Translations under genes and position numbers: made by a program
In this document: positions 46,265-55,689 of the stretch, one piece after another
Layout: every line of letters begins with the position of its first letter
Numbering within the stretch: position 1 is the first letter of the stretch
Sequence record: NZ_CP120951.1
Direction: 5' to 3' (one strand)
DNA length: 64,000 nucleotides
Source of the DNA: a plasmid
Notes under the pieces: generated by a model
What the model was told of the DNA's origin: nothing
The model's database searches: none
The model's input: only the letters and a program-made list of their open reading frames with translations

Positions 46265-46555
46265 GTGCACGACTACACCGTCTCGTACCCTGAACTGACC
46301 GGATCCGCCGAAAGGCACATCCGCGACTATATGATGCTCGCCGCGGCCGCCGGCGACGAAGCAGAGCGCGCGTCATTGCGTGCGTCTGCCGTTAGCGTGT
46401 TCGCGTACTGGCTTGGCTTCGTGAATGCGGCCCGGAAAACCGTCGATGACGCGGGACGGCAAGCGCTGCAGCGCGACGAGCATCGGCTGCTGGGGCTGGT
46501 CAACGCCGCGGCCGCACCGTCCGGGGGTAACACACAGGAGCGCCGGGCATCATGA
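46265..46555 (+). CDS. hypothetical protein (96 aa)
   Basis: GTG start; overlaps the next gene start. Confidence 0.35.
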   Translation: MHDYTVSYPELTGSAERHIRDYMMLAAAAGDEAERASLRASAVSVFAYWLGFVNAARKTVDDAGRQALQRDEHRLLGLVNAAAAPSGGNTQERRAS

Positions 46556-46977
46556 CCGCTGCCTTCGACCGTAACGCCGCGCTGGCCGCCGTGAAGCTGG
46601 CGCTCGCCGACACGATCGCGCGCGACTATGCGAATGCCCTGTCGATCGATCGTTACGCGGGCGCCGGCGCGCTGGCGCACTGGCCGCCCAATCCTCATCA
46701 CTGCCACGAGCAGGTTGCGCGATGGCTGCAATTGCACCCTGGCGATACCCCGGTACGCGGCTGGCTCGCGGACGGGGGCGACGGGGCGCAACAACGCTTC
46801 GTCTCCCACTCGTTGATCCGCAGCGCGTCCGGTGCGCTACTGGATGTCGCGTTCGCGCGGCCGCCGTACGTGCAGCGTTTCATCGAACACCCGACGGCGG
46901 CCGGCGATTTCCTCGCGTTGGTCCTCGGCGAGCCGCCGGTGCCGGAACTCTATGTGTCGATTCCCTGCAGGAGTTAA
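46552..46977 (+). CDS. hypothetical protein (141 aa)
   Basis: ATGA overlap with the previous gene. Confidence 0.4.
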   Translation: MTAAFDRNAALAAVKLALADTIARDYANALSIDRYAGAGALAHWPPNPHHCHEQVARWLQLHPGDTPVRGWLADGGDGAQQRFVSHSLIRSASGALLDVAFARPPYVQRFIEHPTAAGDFLALVLGEPPVPELYVSIPCRS

Positions 46978-46981
46978 ATTC

Positions 46982-47317
46982 ATGGCTCGCTCCTCCTCCA
47001 AAAAGCCGCCCGCCAGGCCGGCACCGAAGTACGTCGACGGTGTGGTGTTTACGCTCGCCATGCGGACGGGCGATGTCGAGGTGATCGGCATACCGTTCGA
47101 GCACCGCGGACGGACCAGGGCCGTTCATGCCGTCGTCGGTCTTGATGACGTTCAGTGTTACGCAGTGTCCGACGTGCTGTTGGGAATGCACGTGCCGAAG
47201 AGTGAGGCGTCGACCATCGAAGCGTCGCGCGCGGCGGCGATTGCCACGCTCGACAACATTACGGACGAGAGCTGGGCCGATGCCTTCGAGTCCGCTCGAG
47301 CCGCCACGGCCCAGTGA
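46982..47317 (+). CDS. hypothetical protein (111 aa)
   Basis: Internal ATG with an AGGAG RBS. Confidence 0.4.
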   Translation: MARSSSKKPPARPAPKYVDGVVFTLAMRTGDVEVIGIPFEHRGRTRAVHAVVGLDDVQCYAVSDVLLGMHVPKSEASTIEASRAAAIATLDNITDESWADAFESARAATAQ

Positions 47318-47386
47318 AAAACCGTCACCTCAGGCATCCGGAGGGATTACCGTCGCGGGCGGCTCCGGTCTCCGTTCAGCCCTGAA

Positions 47387-47590
47387 TTGAGCGCCGCACC
47401 AGCGGCATGCACCAACCGGTCCGGAGGACACTGCGTTTTCGCAATTGGGATGGCGCGGTTCGCGTGTTTGATGGAGTGCATCGCTGCGCAGCATTCCCAT
47501 TACCACTACATCCTGAACGACAGCGGGCTCCACGCGTACCAATGCGAGCGCTGTGACAAGGTGCGGTCGTCGAATTTCCCGAGCCAATGA
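47387..47590 (+). CDS. small Cys/His-rich protein (possible zinc ribbon)
   Basis: C-x-x-C-type spacing (CLMEC...HSHYH...CERCDK); the stop overlaps the next start. The start may instead be the internal Met at 47450. Confidence 0.3.
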   Translation: MSAAPAACTNRSGGHCVFAIGMARFACLMECIAAQHSHYHYILNDSGLHAYQCERCDKVRSSNFPSQ

Positions 47591-48015
47591 GAAAAGCGAC
47601 CTCCCGCAGCCACCGGCCGCTGACCCGGGCACAGCTGCTGCCGATCCCGGCAGCCGAACTACGCCGGATCCAGCTGAAGCATCACGTGGCGCTGGCGGCA
47701 TTGCGCGACGCGAACGACGACGTCGCGCAGCTGGCCACGCTCTTGAATGCGATCTACCTCGCATACTTCCTCGACCCGACAGAGCCGACCCCCTATCGAC
47801 GGGCCGAGACGGCGCTACAAGACTACGCCGACCGCGCCGCGCAGGGTCAGCCGGGCGCGCTGACCGACCTCGAGCGCGCCGCAGTCGAGCACGTTCTCGC
47901 ACGGCTGGACGCGCAACTGGCCGCGGTACCGATGCACGCGTATGTCGCCGCGTTCGAGCGGCTTCAGCGTGTCACCACTGCCGACACGGTTGTATCACCC
48001 ATTCCTGCAGGCTGA
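47587..48015 (+). CDS. hypothetical protein (142 aa)
   Basis: Helical; ends 4 nt before the integrase start. Confidence 0.45.
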   Translation: MRKATSRSHRPLTRAQLLPIPAAELRRIQLKHHVALAALRDANDDVAQLATLLNAIYLAYFLDPTEPTPYRRAETALQDYADRAAQGQPGALTDLERAAVEHVLARLDAQLAAVPMHAYVAAFERLQRVTTADTVVSPIPAG

Positions 48016-48018
48016 ACC

Positions 48019-49857
48019 ATGGCAAATCGCCCCCAGGAGCTGGCCCAAATGCCGTTGCGCAGCTACAGCCGCACCGAATTCACGGCGCTGCGCGCGCGCG
48101 TGAAAGGCCTCCCGCTCGAGACGATCGAGCGGCTGTACTTCGATCGCGACGCCGACGACCCGGTCGACGTCGCGCAGCTGCTGCGCACGATGCGCGACGA
48201 TCTGGTCGCGGCCGCGCTGCGCGATGGTTCTCCGGTATTGAAGTCGCACCTGCAGGCGGCGATCGAAAAATACGGCGAGCCGCGCCTCACGCCCGTCTCA
48301 CTGCAGCTGATCGAGCAGGTCGCCGCGCAGTGGGCCGTTGCCACGCCGCAGGCCGAGCACCCGGTCGGCCGCTGGTTCCGGCCGCTCGTCGCGGCACGCC
48401 TGGCGGGCGAGGAGATCCACACGCTCGGCGAGCTCGTCGCGCTGGTGAATCGCCGCGGCGGGCAGTGGTGGCGCTCGGTGCCGCGCATCGGCGCCGGCCG
48501 GGCGCGCGTGCTGGTCGCCTGGTTGCGGCGCCACGCCGCGTCGATCGGCACGGCCGTCGGGCCGGACGTCGACGCCGGCGACGCGCTGGCGCCGACCTCG
48601 GCCAGCATCACGGCCGGCGCGGGACAACTGGCGCCGCTCGAGCGCCTGGCGCTACCGGAGGCCCTGTCCGGCGCGCACGGGGCGAACCGGGCGTCGGTGT
48701 TTGCGTATCTGGGCGCTGCGCACGACCTGGACGCGGTACGGGCGTATCTGCACCGCTACGACGATCGGCCGGCCACGCAGCGCGCGTACACACGCGAGCT
48801 CGAGCGCCTGGTGCTCTGGTGCGTGGCCGAGCGCGGCGTCGCGCTGTCGTCGATGCGGGTCGAGGACTGCAACGCGTATAAGGCGTTTCTCGCCGCGCCA
48901 TCTGAGCGTTTTACGGGCTCGCCCGTCGCCCGCAGGAGCGGCCAGTGGCGACCGTTCGCGCCAGGCGGCCTGGCACTGGAAAGCCAGCGCTACGCAGTGC
49001 GCCGGATTCGCGCGGCGTTCGCCTGGCTGGTCGCCGTGCGGTATCTGGCCGGCAACCCGTGGGCGGCCGTCACCGATCCGAACGTCGTCACGCGTGCGCG
49101 CAAGCTGCAGGTCGAGCGCTCGTTGCCGCTCGACCTGTGGACCCGCGTGCGCGCGACGCTGGCCGAACGCAGCGAGCTGCAGGGCCCGAGCGGGCCGCGC
49201 TGGCGCGCCGCGCGCGCGTTGTTGCTGGTGATGGGCGACGGCGGGTTGCGGATTGCCGAGGCGGCCGGCGTGGCGCGCGCGGCCCTCGCTTGGCTGCCGG
49301 CCGACGACGACACGCCGGCCAGCTGGTTGCTCGAGGTGATCGGCAAGGGCAACAAGCAACGCTTCGTGCCGATCAGCGACGAGTGCGTCGACGCGCTGCG
49401 TGCGCACTGGCGCGATCGCGGCCAGGATCTCGACGCGGTGGCCGCGACGGAACCACCCGGGTTGCCGCTGGTGGCGCCGCTGGTCATCCCGCCTACGCCG
49501 CGGGCCCGCGAGAAATTTGGCGAGCCCGATGAGGCCGGCGACCAGCTCAAGCCCCGCGCCCGGGGCTACTCGGTGCGCGGGGCGCGCGGGCTGACGCAGT
49601 GGGCGATCGCGCAGCTGCTCGAGGTGATGCCGGATCTGAGCGATGCCGATCGGCGCAAGCTGTCCGACACGTCGCCGCACGCTTTCCGGCACACGGTCGG
49701 CACGCAGATGCTGGCGGCTGGCGTCGCGCTCGAAGTCGTGCAGCGCACGCTCGGGCATGCATCGCTTGGCACGACGTCCATCTACGTGTCGCCGGAAGAG
49801 GCGCGGATGCGTCGCGAGGCGGCGAAGTACCACGCGCGGCTCACTCGCGAATCCTGA
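48019..49857 (+). CDS. int: large tyrosine recombinase/integrase (612 aa) with approx. 300-aa N-terminal extension
   Basis: C-terminal catalytic region GLRIAEAAGV...HAFRHTVGTQMLAAGVALEVVQRTLGHASLGTTSIYV (R...H-x-x-R...Y); last gene of the upstream operon. Confidence 0.85.
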   Translation: MANRPQELAQMPLRSYSRTEFTALRARVKGLPLETIERLYFDRDADDPVDVAQLLRTMRDDLVAAALRDGSPVLKSHLQAAIEKYGEPRLTPVSLQLIEQVAAQWAVATPQAEHPVGRWFRPLVAARLAGEEIHTLGELVALVNRRGGQWWRSVPRIGAGRARVLVAWLRRHAASIGTAVGPDVDAGDALAPTSASITAGAGQLAPLERLALPEALSGAHGANRASVFAYLGAAHDLDAVRAYLHRYDDRPATQRAYTRELERLVLWCVAERGVALSSMRVEDCNAYKAFLAAPSERFTGSPVARRSGQWRPFAPGGLALESQRYAVRRIRAAFAWLVAVRYLAGNPWAAVTDPNVVTRARKLQVERSLPLDLWTRVRATLAERSELQGPSGPRWRAARALLLVMGDGGLRIAEAAGVARAALAWLPADDDTPASWLLEVIGKGNKQRFVPISDECVDALRAHWRDRGQDLDAVAATEPPGLPLVAPLVIPPTPRAREKFGEPDEAGDQLKPRARGYSVRGARGLTQWAIAQLLEVMPDLSDADRRKLSDTSPHAFRHTVGTQMLAAGVALEVVQRTLGHASLGTTSIYVSPEEARMRREAAKYHARLTRES

Positions 49858-49909
49858 ATCGTGGGTGGTGCTGCTTCAACGCGGCGACCGCCCGGCAGCG
49901 AGACCGTTC

Positions 49910-50569
49910 TCAGCGCAGCCAAATCGGAGTTCTCGCGGCGATCCAATCGATCGTGGTGGGTGGCATCGAAATCGACCGCATGCTGTCGTACGTATCCGAC
50001 GCGTCGAAGTAGATCAACTTGCCGTCGCGGATCTCGATCGGCTCGGCGCCCGGGCGGCCACCCCAGAAGACGAAAAATAGCCGGGTGGCAAGGGTCGACC
50101 CGTGCGAATCGGCCACGACGATTTTGACCTGCTCGTTTTGGTTAGCAAAAAAGCCATTGCCGTGGCCGCCGCCGCTTCCGCAGATGTTGACGATGTAGGT
50201 CGTGCCGTCGACCCGCTTGGTGCCGCCGTTCAGCTTCGCGTTGTAGTTGTAGCGCTGACAATTGGTGTCGTCGGTCGCGATCCCGCGAAAATTGACGAGA
50301 TAGAAGAATGCCAAAAAGCCCAGCGTGACGATCGCCAGTCCCACGCGCTTTGCACGACTGAAATGGTCGATATTTCTGACAAGCCGATAGAAGTAGAGCA
50401 CGAAGATGATCGACGTGACGGCGAAGATCACGCTCTTCGCGTTCTTAAGCGAGAAAAGCGTGATCGCGTTCCTGACGTCGGCCGGCACGAACATCCACGC
50501 GATGGCGACAACCAGGCATGCGGCGACAACGGCCAAGGCCGCTTTGAGGATGACGGTGAGCGCCTTCAT
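49910..50569 (-). CDS. membrane-anchored protein, possible immunity partner of upstream toxin-like gene
   Basis: N-terminal TM helices; lower local GC; start adjoins the upstream stop. Confidence 0.45.
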   Translation of the reverse strand: MKALTVILKAALAVVAACLVVAIAWMFVPADVRNAITLFSLKNAKSVIFAVTSIIFVLYFYRLVRNIDHFSRAKRVGLAIVTLGFLAFFYLVNFRGIATDDTNCQRYNYNAKLNGGTKRVDGTTYIVNICGSGGGHGNGFFANQNEQVKIVVADSHGSTLATRLFFVFWGGRPGAEPIEIRDGKLIYFDASDTYDSMRSISMPPTTIDWIAARTPIWLR

Positions 50570-51828
50570 TGCTCGGCCGGGAGGGTTCTGCATATGGTGT
50601 CAATTTTCAGAATGATCGGCTTGTCCAGCTTGATAAGTCTGGGCTTACTGTAGACCATGAAGTCGCCGCCGCGATTATGCACCGATCGCCAGTCGCGGTA
50701 CGTCTTGTTATGGACTGGCCAGTAGACATCCTTTGCCAGGAATTTCCGAAAGCGGCTGGTGCGTTTGTCGACCGGCTTGTTGACCTCTTCGCCCTCGGGG
50801 AGATAACGCCACTCCTCGATGGTCGAGTTCCCGACATTCAAGTTGCTGCTTTTGAAGAAATCGTTGACGGCCGCGACGTAGGACAGAACCATACCGGTCT
50901 TGTTCCAGTGGCCGAGGTATTGGCTCTTGGAAGGCGAATCGTCGTTGAACGAGTAGCTGTCTTTGATGTAGACGTAGATGTGGGTGATCTGGGCGACCGG
51001 CTCGAGACAGAAAATCTTGCGCTTGCCTTCGTACTTGTAATAGCGATCCCCGGTGACGGTCGCCTTCCCGATGGCGGCGTAGAAGTTGAAGTTTGCCAGG
51101 GCCCCGGTCAGATCGGTCATCGCGGTACCGTCGAGCGTATCGAGCGACGACACGGGCTGGTACTGGAATCCCCAGGCGATGTGAAACTGGAGCGGATCCC
51201 TCAGAAACGGCGAAGTGTCGATCACGATACCGGCCGCGTTTAACTGCCCGCCCGAGAAACTCTTCTCGATCACAGGTGCCATGACTTTTGAGGCGGCTCG
51301 CACGGCATTCGGCGTGTAAATCGCTTGCCGCACGAGCTGATTGAAGCGCTCGGATGCGCCGCTAAATTTCAATGCCCAATCCAGGGTAACCGTTGTGTCG
51401 TCGAGCGGCTGTACCGAGTTGAGATCGTTGTTGTAGACGTGCTTGGGGCTCGCAAGCCATTCTCGCGCGAGCTTGGCCGAAATTGGCCAGCCCATCTTGT
51501 CCATTGCTTTGGGGATGTCCTGCAGGTCGAACTCGGGCAGCTTGTCGGCTTGCTCCGCGTCTTGCGGTTTATCGCTCAGTTGTGGCTTGGCGGGCGGCTT
51601 CGCAGGTGCTGGAGCAGGGGCGGGCGGCTTTTGCGGCGCGACTGGAGCGGCTGCCTTGGGCGGGGGTGGCGGTGGAGGCTCGTTCGGCGCGAGCCTGTCG
51701 AACGAGATTCTCTGCTGCGTATCGATGGGAACGCATCCGACTACGCCAGAGTAGCATTTCCACCGTTTGCTGGAATATAAAACACCGGATTCCAGCTGAT
51801 AATACGGGACTTTTCTGACGTCTGGCAT
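50566..51828 (-). CDS. large two-domain protein with poly-proline linker (candidate polymorphic toxin/effector)
   Basis: 420 aa: a 45-aa N-terminal module, a PPPPPPPKAAAPVAPQKPPAPAPAPAKPPAKP linker and a C-terminal globular domain of about 330 aa; lower GC than its surroundings; no family recognised. Confidence 0.45.
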   Translation of the reverse strand: MPDVRKVPYYQLESGVLYSSKRWKCYSGVVGCVPIDTQQRISFDRLAPNEPPPPPPPKAAAPVAPQKPPAPAPAPAKPPAKPQLSDKPQDAEQADKLPEFDLQDIPKAMDKMGWPISAKLAREWLASPKHVYNNDLNSVQPLDDTTVTLDWALKFSGASERFNQLVRQAIYTPNAVRAASKVMAPVIEKSFSGGQLNAAGIVIDTSPFLRDPLQFHIAWGFQYQPVSSLDTLDGTAMTDLTGALANFNFYAAIGKATVTGDRYYKYEGKRKIFCLEPVAQITHIYVYIKDSYSFNDDSPSKSQYLGHWNKTGMVLSYVAAVNDFFKSSNLNVGNSTIEEWRYLPEGEEVNKPVDKRTSRFRKFLAKDVYWPVHNKTYRDWRSVHNRGGDFMVYSKPRLIKLDKPIILKIDTICRTLPAEQ

Positions 51829-52139
51829 AAGTGCGTGAACAGCGATTATTGAGAAGAGTTCGTCATGCTCGTGAGCAGTATCAGAGTAATCGATATCCCG
51901 CCAAAACCAACGACGCCAATGTGATCTACTGTTAAATCAGATCGAATTCACTCAGAATGAAAGATCGGGGGCAGTTCCCGGCACATAAACTTGGTGAAAG
52001 AGCACAAGCATATTGCCAGTTTCGTCCTGCAGCGATGCCACTACCATCCAAATGCACGATAATGGCCCGGCTCGTATTGACCTGGTCCCTTGTTCCGACT
52101 AGCCTAAGCGCTCTTTGCTCAACTGAAGAATCTTAATCC

Positions 52140-52439
52140 ATGACGACTTACCTCGAACTCAAAAAGCAGGCTGATGCGTTGGCACAGCAGGCAGAAGAAG
52201 CACGTCTCTCAGAACTGGAGAGCATCATTACGGCGATGCGTGAGCAAATCGCCGAATACGGCATTACGTCCGAGCAGCTGTTCGGGCGCCGGCGCGCTGC
52301 CGTATCCGGTGCACGCACACCCATCGCTCCGAAATATCAAGACCCGAAGTCGGGCGCAACCTGGAGCGGACGCGGCAAAGCGCCGGGCTGGATTGCAGGG
52401 AAGAAGCGCGAGCGCTTTCTGATTCCCGTTACGGAGTAA
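52140..52439 (+). CDS. H-NS-family nucleoid-associated protein
   Basis: N-terminal coiled coil and C-terminal DNA-binding motif TWSGRGKAPGWI; preceded by 300 bp of AT-rich DNA. Confidence 0.8.
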   Translation: MTTYLELKKQADALAQQAEEARLSELESIITAMREQIAEYGITSEQLFGRRRAAVSGARTPIAPKYQDPKSGATWSGRGKAPGWIAGKKRERFLIPVTE

Positions 52440-52472
52440 CGTGACACGTTCGCGGCTCAGATCGCGAACCAT

Positions 52473-52546
52473 GCGGGCGTAGCTCAATGGTAGAGCAACA
52501 GCCTTCCAAGCTGATGACGAGGGTTCGATTCCCTTCGCCCGCTCCA
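52473..52546 (+). tRNA. tRNA-Gly (anticodon UCC)
   Basis: Cloverleaf with GCGGGCG/CGCCCGC acceptor stem, GCTC..GAGC D-stem, CTTCCAA anticodon loop, GAGGG-TTCGATT-CCCTT T-arm, discriminator U and an encoded CCA. Confidence 0.85.
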
Positions 52547-52633
52547 GAAGATGTGATCAAGCGATTTAAGACACCTTCCTTGAAAACCAGCGGCAGCGAC
52601 TGTCCGCGAGTGTGAATCGCGTCCGATAGGTCT

Positions 52634-52960
52634 TCAGTAACAGATCTGCCGCGGGACCATCGCCCAGCCGTAACCGACCCATTCCTGCACGTTTCGCCAG
52701 TAACAGCGTGGCCCCGCATAGTCATAGGGCGGAGGCGCATAGACCGGAACGGGCGCCCCATACATCGGAGGCGGCCCCGCATATGCCGGCGGTGCAGCGA
52801 TCGCCGAGCCCAACAGAAACCCGCCGACCAGACCCGCGACAATGCCGCCGACAACTGATCCGGAAGGACGCTCATAGCCGTATCCGTAGGCATAAGCCGA
52901 TTGAGTAAATCCGGCAATCGACAACATCATCAGCATTACTACACATTGCTTTCTCATCAC
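52634..52960 (-). CDS. secreted glycine-zipper / Pro-Tyr-rich small protein
   Basis: Signal peptide; GGIVAGLVGGFLLGSAIA glycine-zipper; PPAYAGPPPMYGAPVPVYAPPPYDYAGP repeats. Confidence 0.5.
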   Translation of the reverse strand: MMRKQCVVMLMMLSIAGFTQSAYAYGYGYERPSGSVVGGIVAGLVGGFLLGSAIAAPPAYAGPPPMYGAPVPVYAPPPYDYAGPRCYWRNVQEWVGYGWAMVPRQICY

Positions 52961-53042
52961 GTGTCACTCCAAGACAAACCACGTTTGATATTGCAGACGG
53001 TATGATCGTCGAACCCAACCCGCTCACACCGTCCTCATACCC

Positions 53043-53444
53043 ATGACCGCGTCTACCCGCCCGACGAAGCCTGGCCAGTCACAACCGTCCCGCTCGAATG
53101 CTGCTCAACCTTCCGCCACTCCAGACCCGGTCATCCATGCTCGCGCCGTGAAGGTCAGCGTTGTGGTCGACGTCGAGCGATTTCCATTCGACGCCGTACC
53201 GCCTGTCGGCACGCCTGGCGCGAAGAACGCTCAGCTGCCGTTCTCGATCTGTACGCCGGCGGGCCGCATCGTCAAAACCACGCTTAAGGGCGGCACCCTG
53301 CAGCGCTTCGTCCAGGCCGTGCGCGACAACCCTGCCGGCGGCGCCGCCGTGATAGCCGGTCGAATCAGCGACGACGGCAAGTCGATCCTCGACGCAGGCA
53401 TCACGTTTCAGCCCAAAGCGATCGAGGCGACTGCCACCGAGTAA
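53043..53444 (+). CDS. hypothetical protein (133 aa)
   Basis: Pro/Ser-rich N-terminus followed by a globular domain. Confidence 0.4.
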   Translation: MTASTRPTKPGQSQPSRSNAAQPSATPDPVIHARAVKVSVVVDVERFPFDAVPPVGTPGAKNAQLPFSICTPAGRIVKTTLKGGTLQRFVQAVRDNPAGGAAVIAGRISDDGKSILDAGITFQPKAIEATATE

Positions 53445-53515
53445 TGCTCCGGTACCGCCGGGCAAACGATCCAGATCCTCCTGCTGGTGCCCCTTCGACA
53501 GCAGTCGCCTGAGCA

Positions 53516-53998
53516 TCACGGGATAACGCCATCCTCGGTCGCCGTGACAGCAATCGCTGGCCCCTCAAGCGCGTCGATCAGATCCAGCTGGCCAGGCAAC
53601 GGTGCGGGTTGCGCCGGCACTCGCCTTGGACGAGGATGACCGCCGCGCCGCAAGCCGCGTGCGATCATCTGCAGCTTGCGCCACAACACATCCGCCTCGG
53701 CCGGCGCCAACAATCCAGCAGCTGCATCCAGCGCAGCGACCAGTTCGTCCAGATGTGCGGGCGCACTGGCAAACACCTCGCGAGCACGCGCCATCGCCTG
53801 ACTGTCACGCCAGGCCACCAGCCATGACGACAGCTCACGCCGCTCATTGCGATCCAGGCGCTCGAGCAGATCAGCCGGCACGTCTTCATCCGCACGGAAC
53901 GTGCCGATCACAATCTGACGGTGCCGACGCGTATCCCCGCTACGCGTGACGCGCAGCAGCTTGATCGATCGGCCTTGCTCGCGAATCAACATGTCCAT
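53516..53998 (-). CDS. hypothetical protein (160 aa)
   Basis: Protein-like helical composition. Confidence 0.4.
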   Translation of the reverse strand: MDMLIREQGRSIKLLRVTRSGDTRRHRQIVIGTFRADEDVPADLLERLDRNERRELSSWLVAWRDSQAMARAREVFASAPAHLDELVAALDAAAGLLAPAEADVLWRKLQMIARGLRRGGHPRPRRVPAQPAPLPGQLDLIDALEGPAIAVTATEDGVIP

Positions 53999-54060
53999 CC
54001 TCAGGCGTCGTCACGTCATCCACTTCATCCGGCTACAGCACTTCCTGCACAACCAGACGA

Positions 54061-54246
54061 CTACTGATCTTCATCTGAGCGCACTGGCTTTGTCGACCGT
54101 GCGCGATCGATCAGCTTTCTGAGCCAAGCCATTCCATGCGCATCAATCTTCGCCCATTGCGCAGCGGTCAAACGGATCGAGCGGCCGATCAACCGATCTT
54201 CTTCAGGAATAGGCGGTCTACCCATCCGCGGTTTCGTGGATTTCAT
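54061..54246 (-). CDS. small putative DNA-binding protein (61 aa)
   Basis: MKSTKPRMGRPPIPEEDRLIGRSIRLTAAQWAKIDAHGMAWLRKLIDRA; short basic N-terminus and helices, RHH/AlpA-like in size. Confidence 0.35.
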   Translation of the reverse strand: MKSTKPRMGRPPIPEEDRLIGRSIRLTAAQWAKIDAHGMAWLRKLIDRARSTKPVRSDEDQ

Positions 54247-54410
54247 TGAGTTTAAGATAGCACTTTTCGTTACACAAAAACAGGCCGTTTTCGTTACTTT
54301 CTGTACTACACTAAGTAGTAGCGTGCGATGCTGTCCGAGCTGCGTATTTGATGTGGATAACCGTTTGTGGCAAGGCGCGTCCGATCTCAACCCTGATCAT
54401 GGTGAACAAC

Positions 54411-54593
54411 ATGACCAAGTATGTGGTGATGGTGCGGCAAATAACCTGGTACGACCGGCTGGCTGCGGTGCCGGGCAAGATCCTCAAGTGGGCCATCCTG
54501 ATCCAGCTCGGCCTGCTGTTTGCTGCCGGCGTCTTCGGCGTGATCGCGCACGTCGGCAAGGTTGTGATGACTGCGGTGACCGGCGCGCACTGA
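54411..54593 (+). CDS. possible small membrane protein (60 aa)
   Basis: Hydrophobic helices ILKWAILIQLGLLFAAGVFGVIAHV. Confidence 0.25.
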   Translation: MTKYVVMVRQITWYDRLAAVPGKILKWAILIQLGLLFAAGVFGVIAHVGKVVMTAVTGAH

Positions 54594-54612
54594 AGCACGC
54601 CGATCGGCTCGA

Positions 54613-55005
54613 TCACGGCGTGAAACGCGTCGGCGGCCGCTCGAACGATTTTCCGTCGATAAGTCGGTCCATCCGCTCGATCGCTTCCAACAGCACCGCG
54701 AGTGGCGCCGTGCGCAGCTGATCGTCGTGCCACGCCAGCAGCATCGAAACGAGCTCGTCGGTCTGCTCGTCAAACGTCCATAGATCCTCGCGCTCGCCGC
54801 GATCGAAGGCAGCCTGGATCCCGCGCTCCGCCGCCACCAGCACTTCAACCCGGATCTCCTGTCGACGGGCTTCATCGATGAACCCCGTCAGCATGATCAT
54901 CTGCAGCAGGATCCGCATGCCGAAGGCGCTGCCCTGACGCATCCTGATCGCCTCGAGCGCCGAGTGGTACTGCAGCGACATCTTCTCGATCTCGTCCCGC
55001 GGCAT
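54613..55005 (-). CDS. hypothetical protein (130 aa)
   Basis: Internal Met MPRDEIEKM... Confidence 0.4.
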   Translation of the reverse strand: MPRDEIEKMSLQYHSALEAIRMRQGSAFGMRILLQMIMLTGFIDEARRQEIRVEVLVAAERGIQAAFDRGEREDLWTFDEQTDELVSMLLAWHDDQLRTAPLAVLLEAIERMDRLIDGKSFERPPTRFTP

Positions 55006-55689
55006 AGGCAACAGCAAGCGCTTGGCGAGCTGGCCGCGCGGCCGTCGACGTGTGCTCGCGCGACGCGTCACGGAAACCTCGCCGGCGAGTACGTCGCCCC
55101 GATGCCGGTGTCGCACATGAGCCTCATCGCGGCCGCGTGCTCGTGGTCATGCATGGAGATCCTACTGTCCTGGTCGGTTGAATCATCCGCAGCATAGCGG
55201 AATTTCTTGTACCTCAAAAACTCGTGATCGAGGCGAGCTGCGCTGCACTCGCGATCGAACCGTGCACGCGCGCTGCGCGCCCGTGCACGGTTCTCATGTC
55301 CAACAGCAACGAAACACCATCCCTTCCTTCCACGTCGCCGTGCTTGCCAAGGTCCACTCAACCAAGGCCTCTGCGGTTCTTACCGGGGTGGTGGCTACCC
55401 GTCGCCAACGATCGCCTCCAGGGTGCCGGGAGCCGGTCGTTCACCGCGCGCGCCGGGATGGTCGCGCACGGTGAACGACCTTCAAGAACTTTCGCGGCAT
55501 AAACGGCCGGCTCTCCCTGGCCGGGAGGCCCACCATTTATTCCACGTTTCTTGACTCCCGACACCCTTCCGGCGCTCGCCAGCGCCGGGTAGCCACCACC
55601 GTGCAGCCGCAAACGCTGCCGCGCTATCCATCGCCCCGCCCGTCATCTGCCGGGCGGCACAGGGTTCACCTTATCGATGGAGCACCACC

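Noticed and set aside
47553-49833. ORFs 47553..48881 (+, 442 aa) and 48652..49833 (-, 393 aa)
   Set aside because: Out-of-frame or antisense overlaps of the tyrosine recombinase gene; poly-Arg/Ala translations.
52473-52546. Using the tRNA-Gly as a defined att boundary of the element
   Set aside because: A direct repeat of the tRNA 3' end was not found by eye elsewhere in the window, and the integrase is on the 5' side. The boundary claim is therefore left as an open question rather than a feature.
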